Source: Perkinsus chesapeaki ATCC PRA-425 (lineage: Eukaryota; Protista; Perkinsozoa). Taken from it: DNA of 56,560 nucleotides. The notes beneath the pieces are model-generated. The model saw nothing but the letters and a program-made list of their open reading frames with translations. It was not told where the DNA came from and ran no database searches. A program made the translations under genes and the position numbers. This document shows positions 1 to 11,880 of this stretch, one piece after another; the first letter of the stretch is position 1, and each line of letters opens with the position of its first letter. Where the stretch lies: contig JAAPAO010000186.1 of NCBI GenBank assembly GCA_013115145.1, positions 1 through 56,560 on the forward strand. Reading direction: 5' to 3'.

Positions 1-1062
1 GCAGCCTCAGCGTAATTGTGTCCACAGGGACAGGAACTATATTATGGGACAATTGGCACAATGTCGCCTACACTTTCTTCTAAAGGAGAAGACCTATAGT
101 AAGGATTGAAGTATGTGAGTCGTGTCTGGATATAGCCATCAATATATCGCCTAAGGTCCAGGATCCGAGAGTGGTTGGTGGGAGGCTTTCCAGAGGGAAG
201 TACTAAGAAAGTCAGACAAAGACCCTCATGATGAAGGCTGGCCCAGCTTGGCTGGTCAAGCTTTCAATGATATGAGAGCATCATACTATTTAAAGCTTGC
301 CGTATAATCCTTTTTGCCTCTGGCAATAGCCCCTTCGCCTTGCTTAAGTCTCTAAGCAAGGCTGCTTGCCTCAGGCAAGGAAATAGAAGCGGTCCGAAAT
401 AAAGCAGTATATCTTCAAGTTAAAGATATACTGCATGTTTCCCAGTCTTCCACTGGAAGACAGGGCTTTCGGTTACTCCTTATGGCCAATGATGTGGAGC
501 ACGAATCGTGCTGCACGATGCTCCACGCTTGCACTAGATGGCACTGCCGGATGAGAACGGTGCTGCAAAAATTCCATCCTTGTATTATATCAATGCTAAT
601 ATCACGACTGTCCCGTGAAAGCTCAGCTAGAAGAAGGCTCAGCCTGAGCCGCTCAGGCCGACTTAGTCGGCCAAATTTTTTTATTCAGAAGCCTGGTTTT
701 CTTTGTGGTGGAGCCGTCATTTTGTCGCACCGAGTCCAATCAGTAAAGCCTCCTGTGATTAACAGGAGTCCTGTTACAGGACAAAGACTACGATCATACC
801 GATAGGAGAGGCAAAAAGTCTACTGCGTCCAGTGAAATCTACCGGGTCGTCATCTGATGACGTCCTTAGGTAATCCTACGGTAGTCCTTAAAATACTGAG
901 GTAGACAAAGACTCGCTCTCACAACTTTCCACTTGTAGTGGAGCCCGTACACCCATGCACAATGGAGCGAGTGGCACCTAATGTGCTCTACGAATACTGG
1001 GGTTTCTCTCGTATCGCACCAGTAGGGCCGGTCGTTATTGTTTACCTGTCAACTCAGTTGCG

Positions 1063-1545
1063 ATGAATTATGCCAGTGCCTTCACCGACTCGGAGAATCC
1101 GAGGACTCGCTCGCTCCCAGGAAGTGCGTTAGCAACTCTGCTCGTTTGCTTCATCTTCGCGACAATGCTTATTATCATTGCGGACCTACCCGATATAATA
1201 ACCAGGATGATTCTGGTGGTCTCATCTGTTGTCGTTGTTCCGATATTCCTCGCACTATTGCCGATTTGGAGGAGCAGTCCTCCACCAGACTCATCATGGT
1301 CTGACTGGATGAAGGAACACATCATAGTCACCACTCTTACCTCTGTCAATAACCAGAAAACCATTCTCAATCCAACATGTGCCATCTGCCTCACGGATTT
1401 CGAGCTGAGCGAGGAAGTAGCCGAACTTCCCTGTGATCATTTATTCCACAGCCAGTGCTTTGGTGCTTGCATTGCCAAAATGACGCCCAAAGAGAGACAT
1501 CATCAATGTCCCGTCTGCCGGTATGAGCTAGGCCCCAGAGTCTAG
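1063..1545 (+). CDS. Membrane-anchored RING-H2 E3 ubiquitin ligase-like protein (intronless, 160 aa)
   Basis: Two N-terminal hydrophobic segments, then CAIC...PCDHLFHSQC...CPVC, the C3H2C3 RING-H2 pattern. Confidence 0.85.
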   Translation: MNYASAFTDSENPRTRSLPGSALATLLVCFIFATMLIIIADLPDIITRMILVVSSVVVVPIFLALLPIWRSSPPPDSSWSDWMKEHIIVTTLTSVNNQKTILNPTCAICLTDFELSEEVAELPCDHLFHSQCFGACIAKMTPKERHHQCPVCRYELGPRV

Positions 1546-1859
1546 TCTGCTGCTCGGTGTTTGGTACCCGTACATTCCCCATGAGGTTTTAGTTCCCACC
1601 TTGAGCTGAAGCCACTACGGTTACAATCTATCACTACACCCCCATCGAAGCTTCTCTTCACTCCGTTAGTCGGAGAGGTTACGGATGTCTATCGTACTTT
1701 CAACCATGGCTTAGCGTTGAGTTACACTGTAAAGGAGCGCTAGTACCCACGGGGAAGAAGACGTAAATTCCAAGCCAGTGCTTGTAGACACGACCACATA
1801 GTCTGCGGTCCCCAAGCTATATTTCTGTAGACCGACTTTCTTGGTGCTCGAGTCAAGCG

Positions 1860-1925
1860 GCTTCAGCATTGGGGATACTTCAGCAGCGCTCTCGGGTTCA
1901 ACACGCTCTCAACTTGGTTAGTGTT
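1860..1925 (-). pseudogene. Relic coding segment, inverted paralog of 2638-2703
   Basis: Minus strand reads NTNQVESVLNPRALLKYPQC*, which aligns with NTSQIESALTPRALPRYPQCS in the plus ORF at 2563-2802. Confidence 0.45.
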
Positions 1926-2562
1926 TCTACTGCATACGATATGCGGCCATGAGACACACGGAGCAGGCCCTGCTGAGCAGGGTATGCGGCGTACCGCTTG
2001 TAAATTAGACACTAGTAACCTCAGAACTACAGAAGAACCTCAGAATAACAGCAACACCTCAGATATTAAAGCAAACCACAGGATAAACTAATTTCGCGTG
2101 AGGTACTGCCGGAATAATCATGATGTATAACTGCTGCATGTGTCTCACGATGAGCCGTGCCGACCTGAGATATTTTCAATGAGAAGAAATGGTCGGAATT
2201 GATATTCTTTTATGGTCGTATCGGTTTGTGCCTGGTGGATCTCCCAGTGGTCGCAAGCCGACGGCTTGAAGCCGTGTGTAGTAACTTCGAACCAACAGCG
2301 AGTAGCCCAGAGAATATCATCACCAAAGGTTCATGCGATAAAAAAATCAATCATCCTTTTTCTTGTCTCCCACGATCTCTTCAGCAGGTGGCAGACGGTT
2401 CACGAAATCAAATATCCTTGAACAGGCAAACTAACGCGGCATCTTTCGGCTCATCGCGGCTGCGAAACGTTGGAAAGTAAACAAGCCGTCAACGAAACAT
2501 TTCCTTGAAATCTTCGCGGTGCGAAGGTTCTGAAGCTGACGTCGTCCGAATCAATATCAAAA

Positions 2563-2802
2563 TTGACAAGAAAGTGGAAAGTTGACTGCGAAAGTGTTCA
2601 AATTATCGTTGCTTACTTCTTCCAAGGAGTATCTGGCAACACCAGCCAAATTGAAAGCGCGCTAACCCCGAGGGCGCTGCCGAGATATCCCCAATGCTCA
2701 AGCGCCAAGCTCTCCAACTCATCACCGTATACACGATACATATATTCGGGGAATCTGAGATTAAACGAATGGAAGGAGGAGGCTGGGTCTTATCCGGACT
2801 AA
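2563..2802 (+). pseudogene. Uncharacterised coding fragment with an inverted paralog nearby
   Basis: 66-bp nucleotide and in-frame protein similarity to 1860-1925 (minus). No family recognised. Confidence 0.3.
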
Positions 2803-4201
2803 TAGCGAGGTCGGATCAGGGATATTATTCGTCATCCTAAGAGCTCCCCCATAATTCTGAAAATTTGTATGAGTATATCTCAAATGTGAACTTCATGTTC
2901 CCCGTTACAGTAAGCAAACTCTTCTGAGAAAAGTGAAGTATGTCTATGCCAAATCGAGCTCTATTGACACTGGCTCAACTATTAGTAGTTACTACACGAA
3001 TCGACTGCCCTTTCAGGACACAAATACTGTCCCTACATGCCTCATTCACCAAACTCGTGCTGCCTCACCTATATGAAGTATCACTTGTCAGCTTGGCGAC
3101 CACATAGGGGCCGTAGAGTGACTTAATCTGATAGGCGCTAAAGGTGATGGTGAGAGTGGTCAGGGCAAGAGCCTGAATATTATTCAATGATTATACCGGT
3201 TTCGTCATCTGAACTGGTTTTGTCGAGAATCGCGACCGAGAATCAGCCTCTCGCGACCGTTTTTTAATACTTATCCACCTTTTTTCTGATCACCAACAGG
3301 CTGTTGGCAACAGCCTTATTAAACTTCAATACTGACCATATAACCTAATTGCACTAAATCTAATAACCGAGAGACTAATTCCTATTAACAGTTGGTATCC
3401 ACTGAGAAATCCGGTCAAATTACCCAGTTCTGCAGTTTTCCATTTCTCGAAATACCATAATGATAGCGCGAGGACGGCGAGCACAAGGGACGGTCAATCG
3501 AGAACTGCTTACCAGCACCCAGGATACAGTTTGGGCGAGACTGATGACGAACGACTCGAAGCGAGTGACGGCCGGAGAAGACATGGAACGATCGAGCAAG
3601 TCACTATCATCGTGAACCACGTTTATTCCTAGAGTAACAGTATTATCCTGGTTTTTGGAGACACCGCCCGGTGATTTGGGCCAAATCATCTGGCACCCGA
3701 CTCGGCGCACGCCAAGACTATTAACAGAAATCAGACATTAGGAAAGGTAAACGTTGCGAGCTGTCGGAGACGCCGGTGAGATCACATACAGTAGAGATCA
3801 ATGCGGGCACCAAGACTCGATATCACAGGCCATCTTGGAACTGTCCAAGTTTTTCGAGAATAAGCGCCCGCGGGGTGAAGCTGCTCATTTCCTTAGTTAG
3901 ACTTCCTGAGCGTTGACGGGTCGCTTCTGCGTTAAAGTAGTGGGTACGGACGTGAACCCTCACCTTTGCTTCGGGCTTTACCGGCTGAACTCAAGAAAAC
4001 GCTGATCACATGCAACCGCTCGGTGTATTTCAGGAGTTAATGCTGTAAGTATTATACGTGTATTTCGTTTACACGAAATACACATGAGCCAAATTACGTC
4101 CCCGTAATTAAAGGAACCCGTAAGGGACGGTACGGATAAAAATGGTAAACCGTATATTACGGGCCGTAACCGCAATTGTGCCCATCAATAGTTTTTGAAG
4201 T

Positions 4202-4336
4202 CTACATCAATGATGTAACATCATGCATTTCTTTCTTATCAACTGAAAGTTGGCGCATATCTCTCCAGGCCACTTGCTCACCAAAGCTGTGAGCCCCACC
4301 CTGTGGCCCTTCCGGACCGACTCGGCGAGATATTTT
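4202..4336 (-). pseudogene. Relic of the last exon of a second SDR copy
   Basis: Aligns with 7196-7303 (YLAE.VRKGHSFGEQVA..D.RQLSVDKK). Carries a 14-nt frameshifting insertion after the GH codons. Confidence 0.65.
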
Positions 4337-5475
4337 GTCGAGTATTCTGACGTCACATCAGAGTAGTCATTGGCGGGCAATGACTGCCCAGTACCGTTCG
4401 CGTTGGGGAGATCCACAAGGTATACCGAGCTCGACTACATCGGAAGAACGACACTCTACCCTTACAGTCAGGTGGAAGAAATTAACGACTTAATAGTATA
4501 CAGCTGGGAACAACCAACATCAGCCAGAGACGCGCCCCTCGAAGTCACTTCCCTCGTCAACCAAAGCTAAGCCTCGAAATTTTCGTCACTCGCAAAAGTG
4601 CTACTGGCGACAGCTTGTCACTTCTCCGGCCTGACGCATCAAGCGTCATTGTAGTAGTGACGGTCTCTAGCGCCATCATGTTGGATGTAGTAGCACTACA
4701 AAAGAATTTTAAGACCCTCGTTGATCTGAAAATTTCGGACAGATTTCTTTTCGATCCCTCTCCAAAGTCAAGTCCTCGTGAACCCAAGTCTCAGCCTGAG
4801 ACTCTCAGGTGGCGCCCCACAAACAAGAAGCTTTCATCCTACGCAATTTCGTGCTACTAGCGCGTATATTTCGGACAGGGGGAAGGATATTGGGAGCACT
4901 CTTTGCAGGTCTAACGCCATGGGGGCTGACCTGCACCTTCCCGGAAGGTCCTTCCGGGTAACCCCCGCTTGGGAGGCTCTCAGAGAGAGAAATTTTGAGC
5001 GGCTCAAAGACCGGGGAGCCATCCACACAGTCGGTCTCGCAGTAAATTTCTCAGGTGATTTCAGCGCTCCGATCACACTAGTAGTGTGGCACTACGGTTA
5101 ACCTAGGGAACTACGGACTACAACATGGACATAGCTATGCAGACAAGGAGAGAGAGACCTGGTCGTTTAGTAGGGGTATCGCAATAGCAGGGGCTCAATC
5201 AGTTATTCGCGCCGCTCCCTCCCTTGCCCATGCGTGTACAACCACCTACATAATGCCGCCTTATGCTTATCTCTATAAACACAGAACAGACTTATCCACA
5301 CTGTGGATAAGTTAGGGTTGCATCCGTCGGATCCCATTATCTAGAGATCCTCAACAAAGGGAACCTCTGGTTGTTGAAGATCTCAGAGATCCATGACCAA
5401 GAATGCGATTTTAACGAAAAGCAATGCGTGGGTGGACTGTACGCACTCTCTGGGTATTATTTCAATTTTTGCGTA

Positions 5476-5907
5476 ATGTCACCTTCACGTTGCATCATCT
5501 CTTATCTCCTACTGACCGCTATGACGGTCTGTGGAATAGAAGCCCCTCCTCCTACAGGGAAGTACGTTGGCGGTGCCCCACCTCCCAAACCGTACTTGCG
5601 CATTGAGGCTGATTTTAACGTGGGTAAAGTTCATCTTTCTGTCTCTTGCGGGCCGACACGCGCTAAGTGGGACGCCTGGCTTGATCTCGTACAAATGGTC
5701 CCCGAGCGTATGTATTTTCTGAAGAATTATCAAGCCAATCCTAAGTACAAAGAGTATCTAACTTTTTTTACTAACAACTGCGGTCGTGGATCTGGCCAGG
5801 TGGGCGACTTGGCGTATTTTATTAAGACTAACGATATCATGCTTGTCATGGTCCAGGCAGAGAACATCAAACTGCATAAGGTATACCATTACAACATGTA
5901 TGAATAG
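5476..5907 (+). CDS. Small secreted protein, family copy A (143 aa; true start probably ATG 5476, not 5371)
   Basis: Signal peptide MSPSRCII..., GKY.GG..PPKPYLRIE.DF...LSV.CGP.RA.WDAW.DLV...NCGR shared with 14111 and 16539. Intronless. Confidence 0.8.
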   Translation: MSPSRCIISYLLLTAMTVCGIEAPPPTGKYVGGAPPPKPYLRIEADFNVGKVHLSVSCGPTRAKWDAWLDLVQMVPERMYFLKNYQANPKYKEYLTFFTNNCGRGSGQVGDLAYFIKTNDIMLVMVQAENIKLHKVYHYNMYE

Positions 5908-6654
5908 TAGTAGTCAATAGATCTTGATCATGGTATATATCGTTATCACAGTAATGTCACGTTACGCTTTTGCAAGCGGGTTTAGTCTTCGTGGTTGAAG
6001 TAAGCGTAGTTAGGCTTGAGGATGAAGTCCTGAGTTGAACTCAGTGAGTTGCCGCAGTAGATTCACGATTGGTTCTATCAGCCTGTTAGTAACAGTCTTT
6101 GTTGTTCCTCCAATTCTTGTGTTCGTAAATTGTTTATTTACTTTGTCGTGTGAACTAGTGAGGGTGCCAACAAGTAGGACGCCTGCTGCTGACTATTTGG
6201 TAGGATTCAACCTCCAACTGTGTTTAGTGCCTCAACAGTGGTGGGACCACTGTTGAGCACTAAGAACCGTTCTCTAAGCAAACGACCTTAGATGAGGCCA
6301 ACTTACGGGCAAATTCCCATGACACAAGGCAAACGTATAGAATATATTTGCTTTTTGATTTCGACAGCGAGACCAATGCTTCATTCTAGCTCTACACACA
6401 ACTGAGACACGCGAGACCATGATTCATGAGTGATGCAGAGCTTGGAAGAAGTCTATTGCTAGGAGAGCCCTAGCCTGCTACGCTAAGGCTTATCGCCGTC
6501 ATCAGCTAGGCCGAGCCTAGTAGTAGGCTCTCTACTCTACTGCTATAATTATATAATCCAATAAAATCCATATAATATAATCCAACAGTATAGTTTGGTA
6601 AGATCCAATCCCTTTCTCCGCCGACAGCTTGCGACGACAAGTGATAAAATGTTA

Positions 6655-6740
6655 TTATCACCTTATAAATACCGTACCACGAGCCGAACATTAACACTAA
6701 CTCGCGGTAACAGCGAACAGCACAGAAATATTATAATAAA
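6655..6740 (-). other. Duplicated exon-like segment (paralog at 18220-18300) of an unidentified minus-strand gene
   Basis: About 85 bp near-identical. Reads FCAVRCYRELVLMFGSWYGIYK here and FYAVRCYRKLVFMFDSWCGIYK at 18.2 kb. Confidence 0.5.
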
Positions 6741-7195
6741 TTCCCGTGCAAAGTAACACAACCTACAACAGTAGATCACAACATATGATCGATTATTCTC
6801 CGAATATCGAGGACTTGATGATTATTAGATGTATAAAGGTAAATAGTCGTACCAATGATGTGTTTCTGGTTCGCCCAGTCAATTTTTGTGAAACCGTCAG
6901 AATTCGCGCTTCAGCAAAACTATAGAACATTTCAACTCAACAGACATGTGATTCAGCTTTTGGAGAAGGATAGATAGGGAAGGGAAAGGCGAGGAAGGAA
7001 ATGGGTCATATTTCGAGCAAAATTTATTTCGGAATGGTTAGAAGTCCGAATATGATATATCGCTTCTAACTGTCACGAAACAGGACTTCTATTATAATGC
7101 CAAATCACTCGTTCCGATAACAGCGCAACACTAAAAATATGTTTCGATGAAAAATGAAAATACCGCGTTGACAAATGAGTGCTGATTCGTGAAGT

Positions 7196-10100
7196 CTACA
7201 GCATGGATCTCTTTTTATCGACGGAAAGTTGGCGCACATCTCCTCGAGCCACCTGCTCACCAAAGCTGTGTCCCTTTCGGACTGCCTCGGCGAGATATCT
7301 TCTCTGAAGAGAAAACTTTTCTCCCGCTGGCCTCGCGAATATCAGAGTCTTACGGGCTCGACTGCGGGGTTCTTCCTATAAATGACGAGGTCCTTTTGCG
7401 TGAGGCCGACCCGTGAGCTAGTCAGGTACTCATCGTCGATCAACATCTCTCCGGTGAGACTCGGGTCGTTCACGATTGAGAGCACCTGTGCAATGGAGAA
7501 GAGATTTTTCTGAGGCCCGACCGGTTGGGTGAGAGCAATGAGGGTAGTACCGGACGCTCTACTCACACAGTCAGCCAGGATAGCGGCTTTCCGCCAATCT
7601 TCCTTGGTTCCCAACTCAAAGTTAGTTGCCGCTTGGGATTCCACAACTGTCGCTGGCCACAAACAATTACCTAATCAATGCCAAGCAGCACTATTATGTA
7701 TTAACAATACGAGGCATCCATGTAGACTGAGTGGAGAGTTAGTTAGTAATTTAATAGACAAGGAGGCAGGAGGAGAAATCTGGATAGATTCACAAGACAG
7801 CCCGACCCAATGAAATAGTATATTCCGTATTTTTTCGATTTTTCACTCAATATTGAGTATTATCGAGTGAAATTTCAAAGATTACAGGGTGTTCCAATTT
7901 GTTATGCAAATCAGTAAAACAGCAGTTTCACCGCGAATACTCAGCGTTTCGGTTTGAAACTTTCGCAGATTATACATTAACAATATTATGACAGCATACA
8001 ATGAAATCACGAAATCGATCGACCGTTTCACATGAAATGAGGCGAGCGAATTTTTTTCGGTCCAGCGCGCCGTTCCAATTCGTTATGCAATACAGTTGTA
8101 ATCGTGTTAACATGGCCCGTGGAACCTTCCTCACCGAATCGGAACGATCAACAATCATCAAGTGCCTAGCCAGCGGTGAAACGGCGCTGCAAATCTCTAA
8201 AAAACTGGGCAGAGACCCTCGAACAGTCAAAAGTTTCATCAATGACCCTTCTAGAAAGTACGTGAGGCCAAAGGGCGCCTATAAGACGAGCGTTACCCCT
8301 CGTGAGCGTACCAGATTGAAACGAGCCGTCAACAGGACGCCTCTCAGCACCAGCAAGAGATTGTTTGAAGAAGCAGGAATCCCGATGAAATGCAAAACGA
8401 CTCGGTGCCGGGTACTTAAGTCCATTGCAAGCGTCAAGAAGCCCCGCGCCACTCCCCTGCTGACCACGAAACACCGTCAGGCTAGGCTGCAATGGGCTTG
8501 GGACAATATCAAGAGAGAGTTTGGCCACGTAATATGGACTGATGAGGCCAGGGCGACATTGGGCGGCCCTGACGGGTGGAGTCGTGGGTGGATTACCCAC
8601 GATGTATCAGTACCAGGGAGAACTAGGCGCCAGCAGGGTGGAGGCGGAGTCATGTTCTGGGCTGGAATTGTATCCGGCGAGCTTATAGGCCCATTTAGGG
8701 TAGCGAAAGGTGTTAAGATGGACTTCAAAGAGTAGGACCTCAACGCAGCGCGCGCCATGTTCCAATATCATAGATACTGCAAGCTTCTAGATCAAACTTT
8801 GATTCCCTGGTATCGCCAGCAGCCTTTAGCCAGACGCAAGAAGCTTGTGCTGATGCAGGATAATGCCCCATCCCATTGCAGCCAGTTTTCAGAAGAATTC
8901 TTACTAAAAAAAAGGGATTCGGAGAAGCAAAAATCCTGCCGTGGCCGTCCAACAGTCCAGACCTTAACGTCATTGAGAACCTCTGGAGCTTTATCAAACA
9001 GTGAGAAACTAATACGTTGTGCATAGCTATCCCAGGACTGCTTACTAGGGATATCTATGGAGAGGGCCGACAATATAGCACCCTAGACGAGCTGTGGAGT
9101 GCCATCGAGAGGTCGGCCAGGGAAGTGCCAAAAAGCTTCATAGAAAAGCTCTGCAATTCCATCGACAGCAGACTCCGAAGGTTAATTGCTAGACATGGTG
9201 GATATGTGGGTGCATGAGAACATGATTCGAACTTGACAAGTTTCTTTTTGGGCCGACTACAGTTCAGTTGCATAACGAATTGGAACGGCGCGCTGGACCA
9301 AAAAAAAATCGCTCGCCTCATTTCATGTGAAACGGTCGATCGATTTCGTGATTTCATTGTATGCTGTCATAATATTGTTAATGTATAATCTGCGAAAGTT
9401 TCAAACCGAAACGCTGAGTATTCGCGGTGAAACTGCTGTTTTACTGATTTGCATAACAAATTGGAACACCCTGTAGTACTACAACGATATCGAAAAACGC
9501 GACGCTGAATCGATCAACCGTTTCATGCCTATCTATCGATATCGAATTTTTCAGCGCGCGCAGAACTGGCGCGATGAAATAGAATAAATTTATTTCGCGA
9601 AGCAATACAGTAGGAACAGTTCAGCCGTAGTACCTTAAACCCTTCTCTCTAATGGGACGCAGTAAGCACAGTGCTTAAAGCACTTATCGGCCGATGACCA
9701 GCGCTCGGTGGGTACACGTCTGGATTCCGTGGCTGCTGGCTGATCATCTCCTTCCGGTTATTGAGCCAGGCATGGTTTTCCAACTGGACAACGCTCCATG
9801 TCATGCTTCTCAGAGCACAAAGGCATGGCTAGAGAACAATAATGTGCCAATTTGTTCGAAACAAGTTGTTCCTTGCCGTCCTTGAGCCCAGACCTCAACG
9901 CTATAGAAAATGTCTCTGTGGTAAGCTGGTGACAAGCATGGTAGCCCCTCCTATGCAACTATAGAGCAGCTGGTCCAGCTGAGCTGGAGGAGGCTGTATT
10001 CAAGATATAGGGGAGAGGACGGGAGAATTCCTTGGTAAGTGCACCCGGTATATGCGAAAGCGACTATGAGAGTTCTGAAGGGCGCGGGGGCCGTAATTGA

Positions 10101-11880
10101 TTACTAGTTTTTGATTTTCATGTACCACGTGATAACGTATGTGTCCTAGTTCCTAGCTTCAAGTTTTTAGACCTCGAGTTGACCAGTTGGTGGAATAACA
10201 CAAACACGTGTAGAGTATTCTATTTCATTGCGCCAGTTCTGCGCGCGCGGAAAAATCCGCGCGCCAAGATATCAATAGATATGCATGAAACTGTTAATCG
10301 ATTTAGTGTCATGTTTTCGATTCTCGTTGTAGTACTCATGTTCGAAATTTCACTCGAATACGAAATATTCTATTTTATTGCGTCGGGGTGTATAAAAAAT
10401 CATATGGCAGATGCACATTCATATTATGCATACACATCCCAAAACATATTTGAATAATACGTAATTCAGTAATGGCATTGAGCTCAGATTACGATACATT
10501 TTATATATCGTAGACCTTTTAAGGATCCCCAATCTCGACCAACACCCCAGTCTGGTCTCACCCGTGACATTGTATCCTCGTCCCTCGGCTGCTGCACCGA
10601 GCGCTGACATTGACATGCCAAACTTACTTATGTTGTATGCCGTGAGTCCAGTGTAACTGATTAATGAATTCTTGAGAAGAAAGACCGCGTATGTTCCTCA
10701 TTTAGAAACTGCACCATGAGTTAGACTGTTATACCAAAGGCTTACATTATTCTAATAACAGGAATGACTGAATTTTCTGATACCTCTAGCCATTCCCCTC
10801 ACCTCGCAAAATCTGTGCTTATAGGAGGTGACATGTTGATGACTCTTCCAAACTTATTCTCTTTCATATACGGCAAACACAGCTTCGTCATGATGAAGCT
10901 ACCTCGCGAGTTTATCGATGTTATCAAATCAAATCTGAGAGACACATCGCGACCCATGGTAGGTGGTGACTTGGTGTTGAGTCATTGGGGACGTTTCATA
11001 CTCTTTCTCGCACTGAGCATGGTTAGCTCCATGGGAGTCCGATGTGTCCCACGGTGGGACACAAGAACTGAACTTTATTTGTAGTCAAAATTTCAGGAAA
11101 ATTTGGTTTCATAATATACTGTTGCATTCCTACCGTAGGAATCCTACGCCGGTGAGCTCAGCTCGCCGAGCTGCGCAGTTACAGGGAAAGTCGGGTTTTC
11201 GGTTTTGGAACATCTCGGATATCTCCACTAATTCAATCGGACTAAATAGGTTGGCATCGATACGCTCTCCTGCATCCTTCACCATCCCGATTACTTCCTG
11301 ATAGGCGTCTCCTCCATTGTGTGCCACCACATTGCACTTGCATTGTTGATCAAAATGTCGATACGACCAAACTTGTCAATCACATCGCTGATGCATTTTT
11401 TGCACGAGTCAGCATTACGCAGGTCTAACTGTGCTGGTAGTGCAGTGCCACCCGCTTCCTCAATTTCACGCACCACAGAATAAATTGTACCTTCGAAGAG
11501 CAACCATTTAACTAGCGCGATTGCATTCCATTTCAGGACTCCAACGTCAATATAAACGGAAACAACTCTAGACAATTCCGATAAGGATTGATGTAACATC
11601 AACAGTTGATGTCATCAATTTCATGATGAGTGTAATTAAATCCAAAATTCTTATTACTTAATAATTCGGTAATTGACGGACAAACCGACTGAGAGATGAA
11701 TATGTCCCCACGAGGCCGAAGAAATCCACAGACTCACCCGGGAGTGTTGGTGTAGGGTCAATAGTCTTGGCTGCAACAACCACCTTGGCACCACATCTGA
11801 GTGAAACAGGCATACGAGAGTTACCTTCGGAAGGTGTGTGTGAAACCAAAAATAATTCATCGCGAAGAGAAAGCATCCTA
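7196..11880 (-). CDS. HSDL2-like short-chain dehydrogenase/reductase, multi-exon (5' end uncertain, may be pseudogenised)
   Basis: Exons read in frame with GT-AG junctions: 11796-11738 (GAKVVVAAKTIDPTPTLPG), 11490-11295 (TIYSV..GRIDILINNASA), 10934-10803 (FDLITSINSRGSF..RVINMSPP), about 10660-10563 (AYNISK, the YxxxK motif), about 7670-7567 (NCLWPATVVES), 7485-7354, 7303-7196 (stop). Confidence 0.85.
7885..9473 (+). mobile_element. Young Tc1/mariner-superfamily transposon, 1589 bp, 206-bp IR/DR-type TIRs
   Basis: TA target duplication at 7883-84 and 9474-75. Near-perfect TIRs at 7885-8090 and 9268-9473, each with an outer and inner GTTCCAATTYGTTATGCAA repeat. Confidence 0.95.
8112..9217 (+). 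CDS. Tc1-like DDE transposase with two introns and one homopolymer frameshift
   Basis: HTH region, then WTDE, QDNAPSH and SPDLNVIE. Introns 8732-8773 (joins DFKE/YCKLL) and 9001-9048 (joins FIKQ/DIYG). Frameshift in the A8 run at 8906-8913. Confidence 0.9.

Larger units (their letters stand above)
7798..10390 (+). mobile_element. Older, internally deleted Tc1-like element (host of a nested insertion)
   Basis: Diverged TIRs: left 7798-7884 plus 9476-~9590, right ~10217-10390, with TA at 10391-10392. Transposase remnant FQLDNAPCH...PSLSPDLNAIEN at about 9775-9910 has a frameshift. Confidence 0.8.

Noticed and set aside
5292-5310. Two inverted DnaA boxes (TTATCCACA / TGTGGATAA)
   Set aside because: The context is eukaryotic and the second box is simply the other arm of a palindrome. 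There are no other oriC features.
7342-7662. Retrotransposon gag/protease reading of this ORF and its 4.2-kb homolog
   Set aside because: It splices in frame to the upstream SDR exons and matches the HSDL2-like C-terminus.
8001-9357. ORFs starting MKSRNRSTVSHEMRR on both strands
   Set aside because: These are mirror artefacts of the TIRs. The transposase most plausibly starts at 8112.
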